DNA of 42,075 bases, from contig JBNGDF010000020.1 of assembly GCA_049975265.1 (NCBI GenBank), positions 1 to 42,075 of the forward strand. The letters are read 5' to 3'. The translations under genes and the position numbers were made by a program. Origin of the DNA: Fidelibacterota bacterium (GTDB lineage: Bacteria; Fidelibacterota; UBA2242). Below the pieces are notes generated by a model. It was not told the origin of the DNA and searched no databases. It saw only the letters and a program-made list of their open reading frames with translations. Of this stretch, positions 19,364-29,253 are shown in pieces (the stretch's first letter is position 1; each line of letters begins with the position of its first letter).

Positions 19364-20398
19364 TTACTCCTGACCTTTGGCTAATTGCAGATTTTTTTGC
19401 ACCACGGCTCTGAATTCAATTTCCCCCGCACAGACATCGATGCATCTGCCACAGCCGGTGCAACCGATCTGTCCGAAATTGCTGAGCATATAATCAAATT
19501 TACACAGGTAGCGGTTCCGAAATCGCTGATACATTTTCGGGCGGGGTGTATCACCACCGGCAACCCGGGCATAGCCGTTCAACTGACAGGAATCCTGACT
19601 CCGCACTTTCACAAATTCGGCGCCAGTGGTTTCATCATTGACAATTATACAGTAGCAGGTCGGACAGATGTTGGTGCAGCCGCCGCAACCGACACAATTC
19701 TTCGCATCCTCAATCCAGTTTTCCAGGTCCGTTTTCCGCAAATTTTCATACCGGTTCGGACGTTCGTACTGCCTGTTCTGTTTATTTAGTTTCAACTCGA
19801 TCTCTTTGCGGTTCTTCTTTACTTTTTCCTTATCATCGCCCTGAGGTTGAGATAGTGTGACCTCCTTTTTCAGCAGGTTCAGCAGGTCCTCCCCTTTTTT
19901 GGAACCGATGGTGATCAGGTAGCTCTGCCCGATTTTTGACAAATTTAGATCGTAATGCTGATCGGCGTAGGGTTTTCCGCCCACCAGCGTGCAGTGACAG
20001 CTGGGACTGATATCCGTACAATCGGTACTTATGATTGTTGTCATCTCCCGCCAGTTTTGGTACATGGGGTCTACAAAGTCGTCATTGATCAGCGCCCTGT
20101 CCAGGATTTGGAGTGCCGCCATATCGCAGGCTTTGGCACCGACAATCAGACGTTTCTGCGCTTTGTCCACGGGGATCAGATTTTCCCGTGTAAAATAGAA
20201 CAGCGACCGGAGCGGATCAATCGTCCGGAAAGCATCGAGTACCGGCTGCGAATTCTCTGTAATTTCCTCAAACAGATACTGCCTGTCATCTTCCGGATTG
20301 GTCGATCGGCGTGGTACGATTACCTGCTGGAATCCACCCAGGGATTCTTTTTGACATTTTTTCAGGAACGTAATGAAATCCTGCACATTTACGATCAT
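19364..20398 (-). CDS. 4Fe-4S dicluster subunit (HydB/AsrA-like)
   Basis: KACD, CVGCGGCTNICPTCYC, RFRNRYLCK, GCTGCGRCIDVC. Confidence 0.88.
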   Translation of the reverse strand: MIVNVQDFITFLKKCQKESLGGFQQVIVPRRSTNPEDDRQYLFEEITENSQPVLDAFRTIDPLRSLFYFTRENLIPVDKAQKRLIVGAKACDMAALQILDRALINDDFVDPMYQNWREMTTIISTDCTDISPSCHCTLVGGKPYADQHYDLNLSKIGQSYLITIGSKKGEDLLNLLKKEVTLSQPQGDDKEKVKKNRKEIELKLNKQNRQYERPNRYENLRKTDLENWIEDAKNCVGCGGCTNICPTCYCIIVNDETTGAEFVKVRSQDSCQLNGYARVAGGDTPRPKMYQRFRNRYLCKFDYMLSNFGQIGCTGCGRCIDVCAGEIEFRAVVQKNLQLAKGQE

Positions 20399-20426
20399 TA
20401 TTAAACTCCCACACACTCGCGTTTCT

Positions 20427-20801
20427 TCATCTCTCACCTGTCTGCCGGGCTAATTGCCTGATTTTATCGATCATTTTTTCCGTCTCCGTGGATTTATCGA
20501 AAAAGTAGTCCGCTCCCAGCTCCATGCATTTCACCCGGTACTGCGGATAGGGATAATCGGTGTAAATAATTACCCGCAGAGCCGGATATTTATCTTTGGC
20601 TATCTTCAGTACATGAATACCGCCTTCACCGGGCATGCGGATATCCAGGATTACCAGATCGGGGAGCTTCTCCTGCAAAGCCTGAATCGCTGATTCCGTA
20701 TCCGTACTCTCCCCGATGACAGTCACATGCTCAATCTCAGACAGGATGGTCATCAGGTGATTTCGCAGAATTTCCGAATCATCAACCAGCAGGACGTTCA
20801 T
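20427..20801 (-). CDS. Single-domain response regulator
   Basis: LLVDD, LDIRMP, GADYFFDK. Confidence 0.9.
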   Translation of the reverse strand: MNVLLVDDSEILRNHLMTILSEIEHVTVIGESTDTESAIQALQEKLPDLVILDIRMPGEGGIHVLKIAKDKYPALRVIIYTDYPYPQYRVKCMELGADYFFDKSTETEKMIDKIRQLARQTGER

Positions 20802-20838
20802 AAGAGTTTTTTATAATTGGTATTAGCCATATGGTTAA

Positions 20839-20867
20839 AATCTAATCATCGAAATCCCGGCATTCAA
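20839..20867 (-). promoter_or_regulatory. Candidate sigma70 promoter for the regulator-hydrogenase operon
   Basis: Minus strand TTGAAT-N17-TAGATT. Confidence 0.35.
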
Positions 20868-20959
20868 TCGGACGAATCCTGAAAATCTTGTCAGACATTT
20901 GGAGCCATTTCTGTAGGTGTTTGTCCTACAAAAATATTGCATGTAATTGGCCTGACTTG

Positions 20960-21125
20960 TTTCCCACTCGGGACGTCGTTCCTCGCCTGCGTGACGCAAT
21001 CGGGCAAGCTACGACGTCATGTCGATTAGTAGTTTTTCCCACTCGTGACGTCGTTCCTACGACGTCACGCAGATCAGCTTACGACGTGGCTTGACCACCT
21101 GAATGACACCCTCGGGCAGGCTGCA
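20960..21125 (+). repeat. Cluster of REP-like hairpins (family CTCGTGACGTCGT-TCCT-ACGACGTCACG)
   Basis: Two tandem copies. The copy at 21044-21069 is a perfect 11-bp stem with a TCCT loop; the first copy has a 27-bp insert in its loop. Confidence 0.8.
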
Positions 21126-21203
21126 GAGTGATGTAACTATTGACGCAGCAATTGTAGTTTACTCAAATTGATGGAAAATATCCTACGCTCACTCCGAATC
21201 CGA

Positions 21204-22022
21204 TTAATCAACCTCATATACCATGATCCGCTGGGCGTTGCGGGCGACAGGAAAGCAATGTGCCAGCTTGTAGATCAATCTGGTTGCCGGTCCCAGATTA
21301 TTCAGTTCATCATTTTTTGTAAAGTAAATTTCCCTGACGAAGCGGATTCCCGGAAACCATCCCGACATTTCCCGTGGATCGTCAATCCCCCAATAGGTTT
21401 TTGCACCGGTTTTTTTCAGGGAAGGGTGCTTTCTGACCCGCCTGGCAGTATATTTACTAAAAGCGTCAAAAATCAGGGTATAATGACCAACATGCTGATG
21501 TAACAATTTCAAAAGCTGTTGGATATCCGCTTCCCGCAAATACATCAAAAGTCCTTCCGCAATCACCAGACACGCCGGTTTCCCGATGGGGATCGCATCG
21601 ATCCAGCCGTACTCCGTTACCGATGAAGCAACCAGGTGATAATATTCACTTTCCGGGAAAAATTGTCGCCGAATGTCAATTACCTCCGGATAATCCAGAT
21701 CATACCACTCAACGGCAGGACATTTCAGGCGGTCATAGCGACTGTCCAGACCGCAGCCCAGATGCAGTACCAGGGCATCCGGATTCGCCATTACAAAATC
21801 GCGTGCAAAATTGTCAATCAGTTTTGCCCGTAAACTGATCAGAGTATTTGTCTTGCCGGGAATTTTCAAAGAATCAAAATCGTAGTCAATACTGTTTACG
21901 ATTTCCATGGCTTTTTTATCATAAAGTACAGGATGCTTTTTCCGACTCTCGAGGGCTTTCCCGTAGAGTGGAACCAGCAGGGTCTCTTTTTCTCTGTCAA
22001 GCTTGACTTTGTTATCCATCAA
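21204..22022 (-). CDS. Class I SAM-dependent O-methyltransferase (LCM/TcmP-like)
   Basis: ETLLVPLY, LHLGCGLDSR, YDLDYPEVI, IAEGLLMYL. Confidence 0.88.
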   Translation of the reverse strand: MMDNKVKLDREKETLLVPLYGKALESRKKHPVLYDKKAMEIVNSIDYDFDSLKIPGKTNTLISLRAKLIDNFARDFVMANPDALVLHLGCGLDSRYDRLKCPAVEWYDLDYPEVIDIRRQFFPESEYYHLVASSVTEYGWIDAIPIGKPACLVIAEGLLMYLREADIQQLLKLLHQHVGHYTLIFDAFSKYTARRVRKHPSLKKTGAKTYWGIDDPREMSGWFPGIRFVREIYFTKNDELNNLGPATRLIYKLAHCFPVARNAQRIMVYEVD

Positions 22023-22040
22023 AGCAGCTTACCCTTTTCC

Positions 22041-22967
22041 TCAATTCAAATCCTGCGATTGCCTGTAGAAATTAAATAGAAATTTTAACGCCTTGGGAAA
22101 AGCAAGCCACATGGGAAGGGTTGATTCAACGTAGTGATAGGCTTCGTCCTCGTCGCCAAAGGAATAGTAATCACTCAATTTCTCCGGAAATTCCCGGTCT
22201 GAACAAAGGACTTCGATTATGTGGGGATTGTGGGAGACGGCTTCCAGCAATATCTCCTGTGTTCGCCGGACTCCTCCGTACTTTATGAATGAGTAAAGAA
22301 AATAGGTATACAACCAGCCGAACGTGACATCTTTTTCAAATTGAGTAAATAATTGATAATATTCTTTATAGCGATGACATAAAAGCAGCAGAGGCGCAAG
22401 TTCGAAGCGGATTCCCTGGTTGTCACCGGGATTCAGTCGCAACATATCCTGATATTCGGCAATCGCTTCAGCGTCGTGACCCATTCTATGCAAAGCATAG
22501 GCGTATTTATCACGTGCCCGCATATAGGGACGTGTAACGTTGATGCCCCAGAAATGACCGACGCTCTCTCTAAAATGTTGCTCCCCTACATCCCGTTCCC
22601 CGGCTTTCACGGCTTTCTGATACCAGGCTGTCGCCTCCCCAGCATCTTCACTGATGTCACCGTAATAAATATACGCATCCACACAATCGGGGTAGATTTC
22701 CAACGCTTTCTGTGCCAGTTTGCGCCCCTCTTGTTCCGGTTCCTCGTAAGCACGATACATTAACTGTTTTGCTTCAAGACGGGGCGTCATTTTAACCTTT
22801 TTCCGTATTTTTTCAATCGGGAGATGCATGACCGTATCAATTATGCGTTTGATCTCTTTTTCATCCCTGTCTTCACTCGATTCGAGGATAGCATTGACAT
22901 AGTCAAATATCTCTTCACTGAGCAGTGCATGGTACGTGTCAGGTTTTTTCTTTCTACTCGTAGACAT
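22041..22967 (-). CDS. TPR-like hypothetical protein
   Basis: Helical repeats (ALEIYPDCVDAY, WYQKAV), RPYMRAR and LNPGDNQGIR. Confidence 0.7.
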   Translation of the reverse strand: MSTSRKKKPDTYHALLSEEIFDYVNAILESSEDRDEKEIKRIIDTVMHLPIEKIRKKVKMTPRLEAKQLMYRAYEEPEQEGRKLAQKALEIYPDCVDAYIYYGDISEDAGEATAWYQKAVKAGERDVGEQHFRESVGHFWGINVTRPYMRARDKYAYALHRMGHDAEAIAEYQDMLRLNPGDNQGIRFELAPLLLLCHRYKEYYQLFTQFEKDVTFGWLYTYFLYSFIKYGGVRRTQEILLEAVSHNPHIIEVLCSDREFPEKLSDYYSFGDEDEAYHYVESTLPMWLAFPKALKFLFNFYRQSQDLN

Positions 22968-22984
22968 ACAATTGATCCTCGGTT

Positions 22985-23626
22985 TTAGCCCGGTTCCTTT
23001 ACTAGATTATGCCGAATTGCATAGCAGATCAATTCGGCGTTGTTTTTCATCCCCATTTTCTCGAGAATTCGGGAACGATTGGTGCTGATGGTCTTGACGC
23101 TGAGGGAGAGCTCTTCGGCAATCTCACCGACAGTCATTCCCGAACCGAGCAGACGGAGTACCTGAAATTCACGGTCGGAAAGTGCCTCATGTCCGACTTT
23201 GCGATGGTTTTCATCCAGCGAATCCGCCAGTTTTTCGGCAAGATTGGGGCTGACATATTTCCGTCCTTCCGAAATACGCCGCACAGCCGAGATCAACTGA
23301 TCCGCCGCCGATTCCTTGGTCAAATACCCCGCCGCACCGGCTTTGAGGACGCGGATTGCATACTGGTCTTCAGAATACATGCTGAGCACCAGCACCGGCA
23401 GGGTCGGATTGTGCAGTTTGATATATTTTAAAACATCCAGACCGCTGCGTCCGGGCATGGAGATATCCAGCACAACCAGGTCGTATTTCTCAAATTTTAT
23501 CTTCTCAATGACCTCCGTTCCGCTGGCGGCTTCTCCGGCAACGACAATATCGGCAGTCTCTTTGAATATCTGCTTCAGTCCGTCACGGACAATTGCATGA
23601 TCGTCGGCAATCAGTACCCGAATCAT
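22985..23626 (-). CDS. NarL/LuxR-family response regulator
   Basis: MIRVLIADDH, LDISMPG, LSDREFQV...IAEELSLSVKTI. Confidence 0.94.
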   Translation of the reverse strand: MIRVLIADDHAIVRDGLKQIFKETADIVVAGEAASGTEVIEKIKFEKYDLVVLDISMPGRSGLDVLKYIKLHNPTLPVLVLSMYSEDQYAIRVLKAGAAGYLTKESAADQLISAVRRISEGRKYVSPNLAEKLADSLDENHRKVGHEALSDREFQVLRLLGSGMTVGEIAEELSLSVKTISTNRSRILEKMGMKNNAELICYAIRHNLVKEPG

Positions 23627-24786
23627 TTTTTCCCGTCCTGAATTGGCAGGGTGACTTTCACCGTGGTCCCCACATTTCTGGCACCACTGATGACGACCCT
23701 GCCGCCCCATGGATTGACCCTCTCCCGCAGACCCACCAGACCCAGCGATTTTGGACTGTGAATCTGATCTTCGGTAATGCCGATACCATTGTCTTTGATC
23801 TCCATGGTAAGCAGGTCCGAATTGCGGTGCAAACTGATAAATATTTTTGTGGCTTTGGCATGCCGGACAACATTCGTCAGGGCTTCCTGAAAAATACGGA
23901 ATACGGCAATGACCCGATCCTGTTCGAGATGAAATTCATCATTATCCAGTTCCATTTTACAGTCAATGCCTGTACGTCCACAGAACTCCCCGCAATACCA
24001 CTCCATTGCCGCCTGGAGTCCCAGATCGTCGATCAAACCGGGACGCAATTCGGTGGAGATTCGCCGCACCGTCTGAATTGTCGAGTCCACCAGTTCGGAC
24101 ATGGAGTGCACTTTTTCCAACGGCTCAGGCTGATCAGGCGCGAGACGTTTTTGCAGCCAGATCAGGTCCATTTTCAAAGCGGTCAATGCCTGTCCCAGTT
24201 CGTCATGAATTTCCCGGGCAATGATCAGGCGCTCTTCTTCCCGGATCGTCTGAAGGTGGGCTGCCAGATTACGCAACTGATCGCGGGACTCTTTCAGATC
24301 ACTCTCAGCTCTCTTGCGATCATCAATATCAATCACGACCCCGCGCAAGCCGACCGGTTTATCGTTTTGAATGATGGCATTGGAATAAAAAAGAGACTGA
24401 AAGGTCGTCCCGTCTTTCCGCAGCGAAATGTACTCATTCCCGCGACTCGGATTGCCCTGCAGAATGGAGCGAATATTTTCCCGAACCCGCTGCCGCTCGG
24501 AAGGAATAAACAGCTGCAGCAGATCAATTCCCTTGTTAAGGTCTTCCTGGCTATAGCCGAGACTTCGAATTCCGTATTTATTGGTAAAGGTCAGACGCCC
24601 CTTGAGGTCCATTTCATAGACGGTTTGCGGCAGCAGATCAACCAGTTCGCGAAAGCGCTTTTCATTCTTGATCAGCTCGCGTTCGGTCTTTTTCAACTCC
24701 GCTTCCGCCTTTTCCAGCTCTTTTATCCGTGTCTTCAGTGACCGGATTTCCTTTTTCAGTGAAATGATTTCCTGTGATTGGGTCAT
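23623..24786 (-). CDS. Cytoplasmic PAS sensor histidine kinase (HisKA_3)
   Basis: PAS/PAC region, EERLIIAREIHDELGQ, QEALTNVVRHA, DNGIG. Confidence 0.93.
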   Translation of the reverse strand: MTQSQEIISLKKEIRSLKTRIKELEKAEAELKKTERELIKNEKRFRELVDLLPQTVYEMDLKGRLTFTNKYGIRSLGYSQEDLNKGIDLLQLFIPSERQRVRENIRSILQGNPSRGNEYISLRKDGTTFQSLFYSNAIIQNDKPVGLRGVVIDIDDRKRAESDLKESRDQLRNLAAHLQTIREEERLIIAREIHDELGQALTALKMDLIWLQKRLAPDQPEPLEKVHSMSELVDSTIQTVRRISTELRPGLIDDLGLQAAMEWYCGEFCGRTGIDCKMELDNDEFHLEQDRVIAVFRIFQEALTNVVRHAKATKIFISLHRNSDLLTMEIKDNGIGITEDQIHSPKSLGLVGLRERVNPWGGRVVISGARNVGTTVKVTLPIQDGKK

Positions 24787-24795
24787 AATCGTCGC

Positions 24796-25275
24796 TTATT
24801 CAGGGAGGTCAAACGCCTCCAATAAGGCAATTTTGGAATTCTCCAGGTCTTCTTCCCGGATAACGCAGCTGATACTGGAAATACTGGTCGAGATACCCAG
24901 AATATTGATATCATATTTCCCCAGTTGTTCACACATTTTACCGGCAATCGTCGGCTTTTCCCGAAAATGGGGACCGTAAACCACGAGAATGGCAATATTG
25001 TCATACCACTTGTCACCCCGTGCCCGGACAATTCCCCGCATCCCGTCCAGAAGCTGCCGCACCTTTTCCCGCTGGGTGGAGGCGAAACAGAAGGTAATGT
25101 CCGCAGTTCCCTCAAGATTTTCACTTTCTGTGATAAATTCGATGTTAATCTGATTTTTCCCCAGTACCATTAATACTTTTCCGGCGACGCCCGGTTGATT
25201 GGGTGCCGACAGGATGGAGACCATGGTCAGTCTGGAGGTTTCCAGAATACCGCCTATTTTGATCTTTTCCACCAT
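24796..25275 (-). CDS. Tandem ACT-domain protein (aspartokinase regulatory-like)
   Basis: PNQPGVAGKV..LGKNQINIEFI; INILGISTSISSISCVI. Confidence 0.82.
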   Translation of the reverse strand: MVEKIKIGGILETSRLTMVSILSAPNQPGVAGKVLMVLGKNQINIEFITESENLEGTADITFCFASTQREKVRQLLDGMRGIVRARGDKWYDNIAILVVYGPHFREKPTIAGKMCEQLGKYDINILGISTSISSISCVIREEDLENSKIALLEAFDLPE

Positions 25276-25281
25276 TGGTTT

Positions 25282-25668
25282 TTACCGGTTCTTTCCCAAA
25301 TATTTTTCAATATAATTAATTAGTGTATCGGGCATGACCGGTTTTTCAATAAACTCATCCACCGGCAGGGTTTCGTCATCTTTATTGTATTGATATCCGG
25401 TCTGCTGTACTACAGCGGTCAGCATAATGATCGGAATATTGGCAATTTCAGGCATGGATCGGATTTTTTCTGCAATCACAAAACCTTCGTCTTCCGTCCT
25501 CATCATTACATCCAGAATGACCAAATCCGGCTTTTCCCGTTCGATCAGCGTAAATCCGCGCTCACCGTCCTGCGCATCAATTACACTGTATCCATGTTTT
25601 TCAAGAACGATTCGCAACACCTCAACAAGGTCGATATCATCGTCAATAATGAGAATTTTATGTGCCAT
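25282..25668 (-). CDS. Single-domain response regulator
   Basis: LIIDDD, LDVMM, IMLTA, EKP. Confidence 0.9.
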   Translation of the reverse strand: MAHKILIIDDDIDLVEVLRIVLEKHGYSVIDAQDGERGFTLIEREKPDLVILDVMMRTEDEGFVIAEKIRSMPEIANIPIIMLTAVVQQTGYQYNKDDETLPVDEFIEKPVMPDTLINYIEKYLGKNR

Positions 25669-25750
25669 TTCAATACCTTTCCCGTCTCTTTCCAGATGCT
25701 GAAATTAGAATATTTTACCGGAATATCCGCATCTTTTCGTAACGTTTATT

Positions 25751-26410
25751 CTATCCATTTAAAAGTGTCAGGATATGAGTTGCTGTATCCTCAATATTTT
25801 CACCGGTCTTTGCCGAACATTTGAGAATCCGGCTGTCTGGATTAATGCGACGTATGTTTTTCTCAAGAATGCCTACATTAAGGTCCAGATAGGGCTCCAG
25901 ATCAATTTTATTAATAATTGCCGTATCGCAGACCCGGAACATCAGGGGATATTTGAGCGGTTTATCCTCACCTTCAGGGATGCTGATAATTACAAAATTG
26001 TGATTGGCGCCCGTATCAAATTCCGCCGGACAGACCAGATTTCCGACATTTTCAATAAAAACAAGATCGAGATTTTTCAGGTCAAACTGCCGTAATGCCG
26101 GCATAATCACCTCGGATCCCAGATGACAATCACCGCCGAAAGGCTCGGTATTTATCTGGGAAACCGGAATCTCAAGTTGCGCAATCCGCTCTGCATCGGC
26201 TGTCGTGGTTATATCCCCTTCGATGACGCCGATACGTAAATTGTGGCGCTGCAGAATCGGAATCACCTGCTCCAGCAGACTGGTTTTCCCCGATCCCGGT
26301 GAACTCATAATATTAATCAGAGTTACATTCTGTTGCTTGGATAGTTCGCGGATTTGATCGGCTAGTTGATCATTGGCTTCAAGTACATCTCTGACGATTT
26401 GGATATTCAT
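25751..26410 (-). CDS. hypB: Hydrogenase nickel-insertion GTPase HypB
   Basis: SSPGSGKT, IEGD, CH, ENVGNLVCPAEF, EGEDKPLKYP, NKID. Confidence 0.96.
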   Translation of the reverse strand: MNIQIVRDVLEANDQLADQIRELSKQQNVTLINIMSSPGSGKTSLLEQVIPILQRHNLRIGVIEGDITTTADAERIAQLEIPVSQINTEPFGGDCHLGSEVIMPALRQFDLKNLDLVFIENVGNLVCPAEFDTGANHNFVIISIPEGEDKPLKYPLMFRVCDTAIINKIDLEPYLDLNVGILEKNIRRINPDSRILKCSAKTGENIEDTATHILTLLNG

Positions 26411-26424
26411 GGGATCATCTCTTT

Positions 26425-26775
26425 CTAATCTGCTAATTCAATGCTTTCGATGTAGAGTTCATTGCCGCTGAGAATCTCGATATTTGCGGAATGACATTTT
26501 TCACAATAAAATTGCGGTCCCTGTATACGAAACTGATGCTGACAAACGTTGCATTTTATGATAATTTGGTTCTCTTTTATAAGCAGTTTTGATTCGTCTA
26601 ATTGAGCATGGCTTTTTTTCTGAACATCAAAACTAAACCGCAGGGTTTCAGGGATAATTGCCCGCATCTGTCCGACGACAAGAGCAACCTCCCGGACCTT
26701 TTTGACCACCTGCCGCCGGGTAAGTTCTTCATTCACAATCATAAGGATATTTTGAGCGATCTGGAGTTCGTGCAT
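26425..26775 (-). CDS. hypA: Hydrogenase nickel chaperone HypA
   Basis: MHE N-terminus, CNVC and CEKC, GNELYIESIE. Confidence 0.95.
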   Translation of the reverse strand: MHELQIAQNILMIVNEELTRRQVVKKVREVALVVGQMRAIIPETLRFSFDVQKKSHAQLDESKLLIKENQIIIKCNVCQHQFRIQGPQFYCEKCHSANIEILSGNELYIESIELAD

Positions 26776-26784
26776 ACAGGGAAA

Positions 26785-26812
26785 AATTTAGCAGAATGCG
26801 GTAAAGAATCAA
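26785..26812 (-). promoter_or_regulatory. Candidate promoter for hypAB
   Basis: Minus strand TTGATT-N16-TAAATT with an extended -10 TG. Confidence 0.35.
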
Positions 26813-26891
26813 TGTTTATCATCTGAATTATCGTCACTCACGGTTCGCTCACTCTCATATCAGCCCTTAATTAAAAGGGTGTTTGTCACAC

Positions 26892-27899
26892 TCAACAGAT
26901 TCTGGGCAGCATCTCACCGGATAGCATGTCCACAATCCGCGAACTACCGATGCGGGTTTTAAGAACCACTCTGCCGGGCACATCCCGGATAACTTCACCG
27001 ATCGCGGTTGCATCCCGATTCCCGGGCATGGATTTCAGAATTTCAAGGGCACTATCGGCTTCCTGCGGATCGATAATTAGTAAAAACTTCCCTTCGTTGG
27101 CAAGATAAAGCGGATCGAAACCCAGCGGCTCACAAAGACCCTGTACCTCCGCCCGGATCGGCAATAATTCTTCATGAATCCGAATTCCCAATGATTGTCT
27201 GTCGGTAAATTCATTCAGCGTCGTGGCGATACCGCCCCGCGTCGGGTCCCGCATAATGCGGATTCCGTCCAGTTTTGATAACAACGCAATAATCTCTCTG
27301 TGAACCGGACGGCAGTCGCTGCTAATCTCGAAAGAGACCGGAAATTCTTCCCGGGCTTTAATTATCGCCGCACCGTGATCGCCAATAAAACCGTTGATAA
27401 TGACAATATCACCGGGCTGAATCCGGGCTACGCCCAATTCGACCCCTTCGATCCGATCGCCGATACCGGCGGTATTGATAAAAATCCCATCCGCAGCGCC
27501 CTTTTCCACCACTTTTATGTCGCCTGTAACTATCTGAACACCAGCGTAATCCGCCGTTTCTTTCATGGATATTACGATCTTTTCCAGAGCGGCGATGGAA
27601 AAACCCTCTTCGATGATCATACTGCAGGAAAGCCAGTGCGGAATCGCCCCGCAAACCGCTACATCATTGACCGTTCCTGAAACAGCCAGTTTCCCTATAT
27701 CGCCGCCCGGATAAAAGAGCGGTTTGATGACATGGGAATCGGTGGTAAAGACAAGGTTTTGTGAATTCGCCCTGACAAGCGCACCGTCACTCAACGGGTT
27801 CAACGCCGAATTACCAAAATATTCAACGATTAACTCACGAATCAGTGCATGCGACTGCAAGCCACCATTGCCATGGGCGAGGGAAATGACGTTATTCAT
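26892..27899 (-). CDS. hypE: Hydrogenase maturation protein HypE
   Basis: LAHGNGG, TTDSH, RDPTRGG, C-terminal LPRIC. Confidence 0.96.
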   Translation of the reverse strand: MNNVISLAHGNGGLQSHALIRELIVEYFGNSALNPLSDGALVRANSQNLVFTTDSHVIKPLFYPGGDIGKLAVSGTVNDVAVCGAIPHWLSCSMIIEEGFSIAALEKIVISMKETADYAGVQIVTGDIKVVEKGAADGIFINTAGIGDRIEGVELGVARIQPGDIVIINGFIGDHGAAIIKAREEFPVSFEISSDCRPVHREIIALLSKLDGIRIMRDPTRGGIATTLNEFTDRQSLGIRIHEELLPIRAEVQGLCEPLGFDPLYLANEGKFLLIIDPQEADSALEILKSMPGNRDATAIGEVIRDVPGRVVLKTRIGSSRIVDMLSGEMLPRIC

Positions 27900-28999
27900 G
27901 CCTTCAGCTCACTTTCGGCATATTTATACCAAGTCGCGCAGGTACCCTCGTTGCTGACCATACAGGAGCCTTTCGGGTCGTCTGGATTGCAGAGGATTTT
28001 GAACAATTTGCAATCCGTTGGAATCTTTACACCGCGCATAATATCTCCGCATATGCAGCCGGTATATTCCTGTGCCGGCGATATATCAAAAGTAAATTTG
28101 TTATTGGCGTCGAAATCGCGATATTTTTCACGAATACAGAGTCCGCTACCGGGGATTAATCCCAATCCGCGCCATTCGGTATCCGCCTCATTAAAAACTT
28201 CCCGCATCAGCGCCAGTGCCCGGGGATTGCCATCTTCCCTGACGCTGCGATCATACTGATTTTCCACAACCGCCCTCTGTTCACTTATCTGCCTCAGGAT
28301 CATCAAAATCGCCTGCAGCATATCCAGCGGCTCAAAACCGGAAACGATACAGGGAATGTGATAATCCCTGGCTATAAAATCATAAATGTGAATACCGGTT
28401 ATCGATGAGACATGTCCCGGACAGATAAATCCCTGCAGATCAATATCCCCCGAATCCAGCAGCGCTTTCATCGCCCGCGGCATGGTTTTATGCGCCGAAA
28501 GAACGGAGAAATTGCTTATTCTCTGTTCATACGCAATTTTGATCGCCGCCGCCACAGTCGGCGCGGTCGTCTCAAAACCGATTCCCAGAAACACGATCTC
28601 TTTTCCGGGATTCTTTTCCGCAATGCGCACGGCATCCAGCGGTGAATAGCAAACCCGAATATCGGCTCCGGCGCCTTTTGCCTTCTGCAGTGAGCTACGG
28701 CTGCCCGGCACCCGAATCATATCGCCAAAGCTGGCAACAATGACATTCGTCTGATGGGCAATTTGAATGGCTTTATCAATAAATTCCATTCCCGTAACAC
28801 AGACCGGACAACCCGGACCGCTGATCAATTGGATATTATTGGGTAACAATTTTTGAATGCCGTACCTAAAAATCGTGATGGTATGACCACCGCATACCTC
28901 CATTAATTTTACCGGATTGTCGGAACATACAGCATCAATATTTGCGACGATGGTGTTGACTAATTCGGGATTGCGGAATTCGTCAATATATTTCAGCAC
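27896..28999 (-). CDS. hypD: Hydrogenase maturation protein HypD
   Basis: MEVCGGH, GPGCPVC, GFETT, PGHV, CMVSNEGTC. Confidence 0.96.
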   Translation of the reverse strand: MLKYIDEFRNPELVNTIVANIDAVCSDNPVKLMEVCGGHTITIFRYGIQKLLPNNIQLISGPGCPVCVTGMEFIDKAIQIAHQTNVIVASFGDMIRVPGSRSSLQKAKGAGADIRVCYSPLDAVRIAEKNPGKEIVFLGIGFETTAPTVAAAIKIAYEQRISNFSVLSAHKTMPRAMKALLDSGDIDLQGFICPGHVSSITGIHIYDFIARDYHIPCIVSGFEPLDMLQAILMILRQISEQRAVVENQYDRSVREDGNPRALALMREVFNEADTEWRGLGLIPGSGLCIREKYRDFDANNKFTFDISPAQEYTGCICGDIMRGVKIPTDCKLFKILCNPDDPKGSCMVSNEGTCATWYKYAESELKA

Positions 29000-29001
29000 A
29001 A

Positions 29002-29247
29002 CTAATTGTTCTTCTGGTTTTGTTTTGCTTCGTCAAATTCAGCAATATCCTGCCAGATCTGTAATGTTTCCAGCGCCGCCGCCTCATCCAGCTTCTCAAT
29101 CGCAAATCCGGCATGCACAATGATATAGTCACCGACTTTTATGTCGGAAAGAATCATCAGATTCGCCCCGTATTCGACACCACCAACCTCCGCAACCGCT
29201 TCGTTTCCGTTGATCCGAATCACCTTCATCGGAATTGCTAAACACAT
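29002..29247 (-). CDS. hypC: Hydrogenase chaperone HypC
   Basis: MCLAIP, VGDYIIVHAGFAI. Confidence 0.96.
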   Translation of the reverse strand: MCLAIPMKVIRINGNEAVAEVGGVEYGANLMILSDIKVGDYIIVHAGFAIEKLDEAAALETLQIWQDIAEFDEAKQNQKNN

Positions 29248-29253
29248 CGAATG

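Noticed and set aside
23593..24741. 382-aa plus-strand ORF
   Set aside because: Antisense to the histidine kinase and has no recognisable motifs. The same applies to 3254-4030, 4988-5725, 15456-16313 and 33893-34588.
26863..26880. Terminator after hypE (CCCTT-AATTAA-AAGGG)
   Set aside because: Short weak stem with no U-tract on the minus strand.
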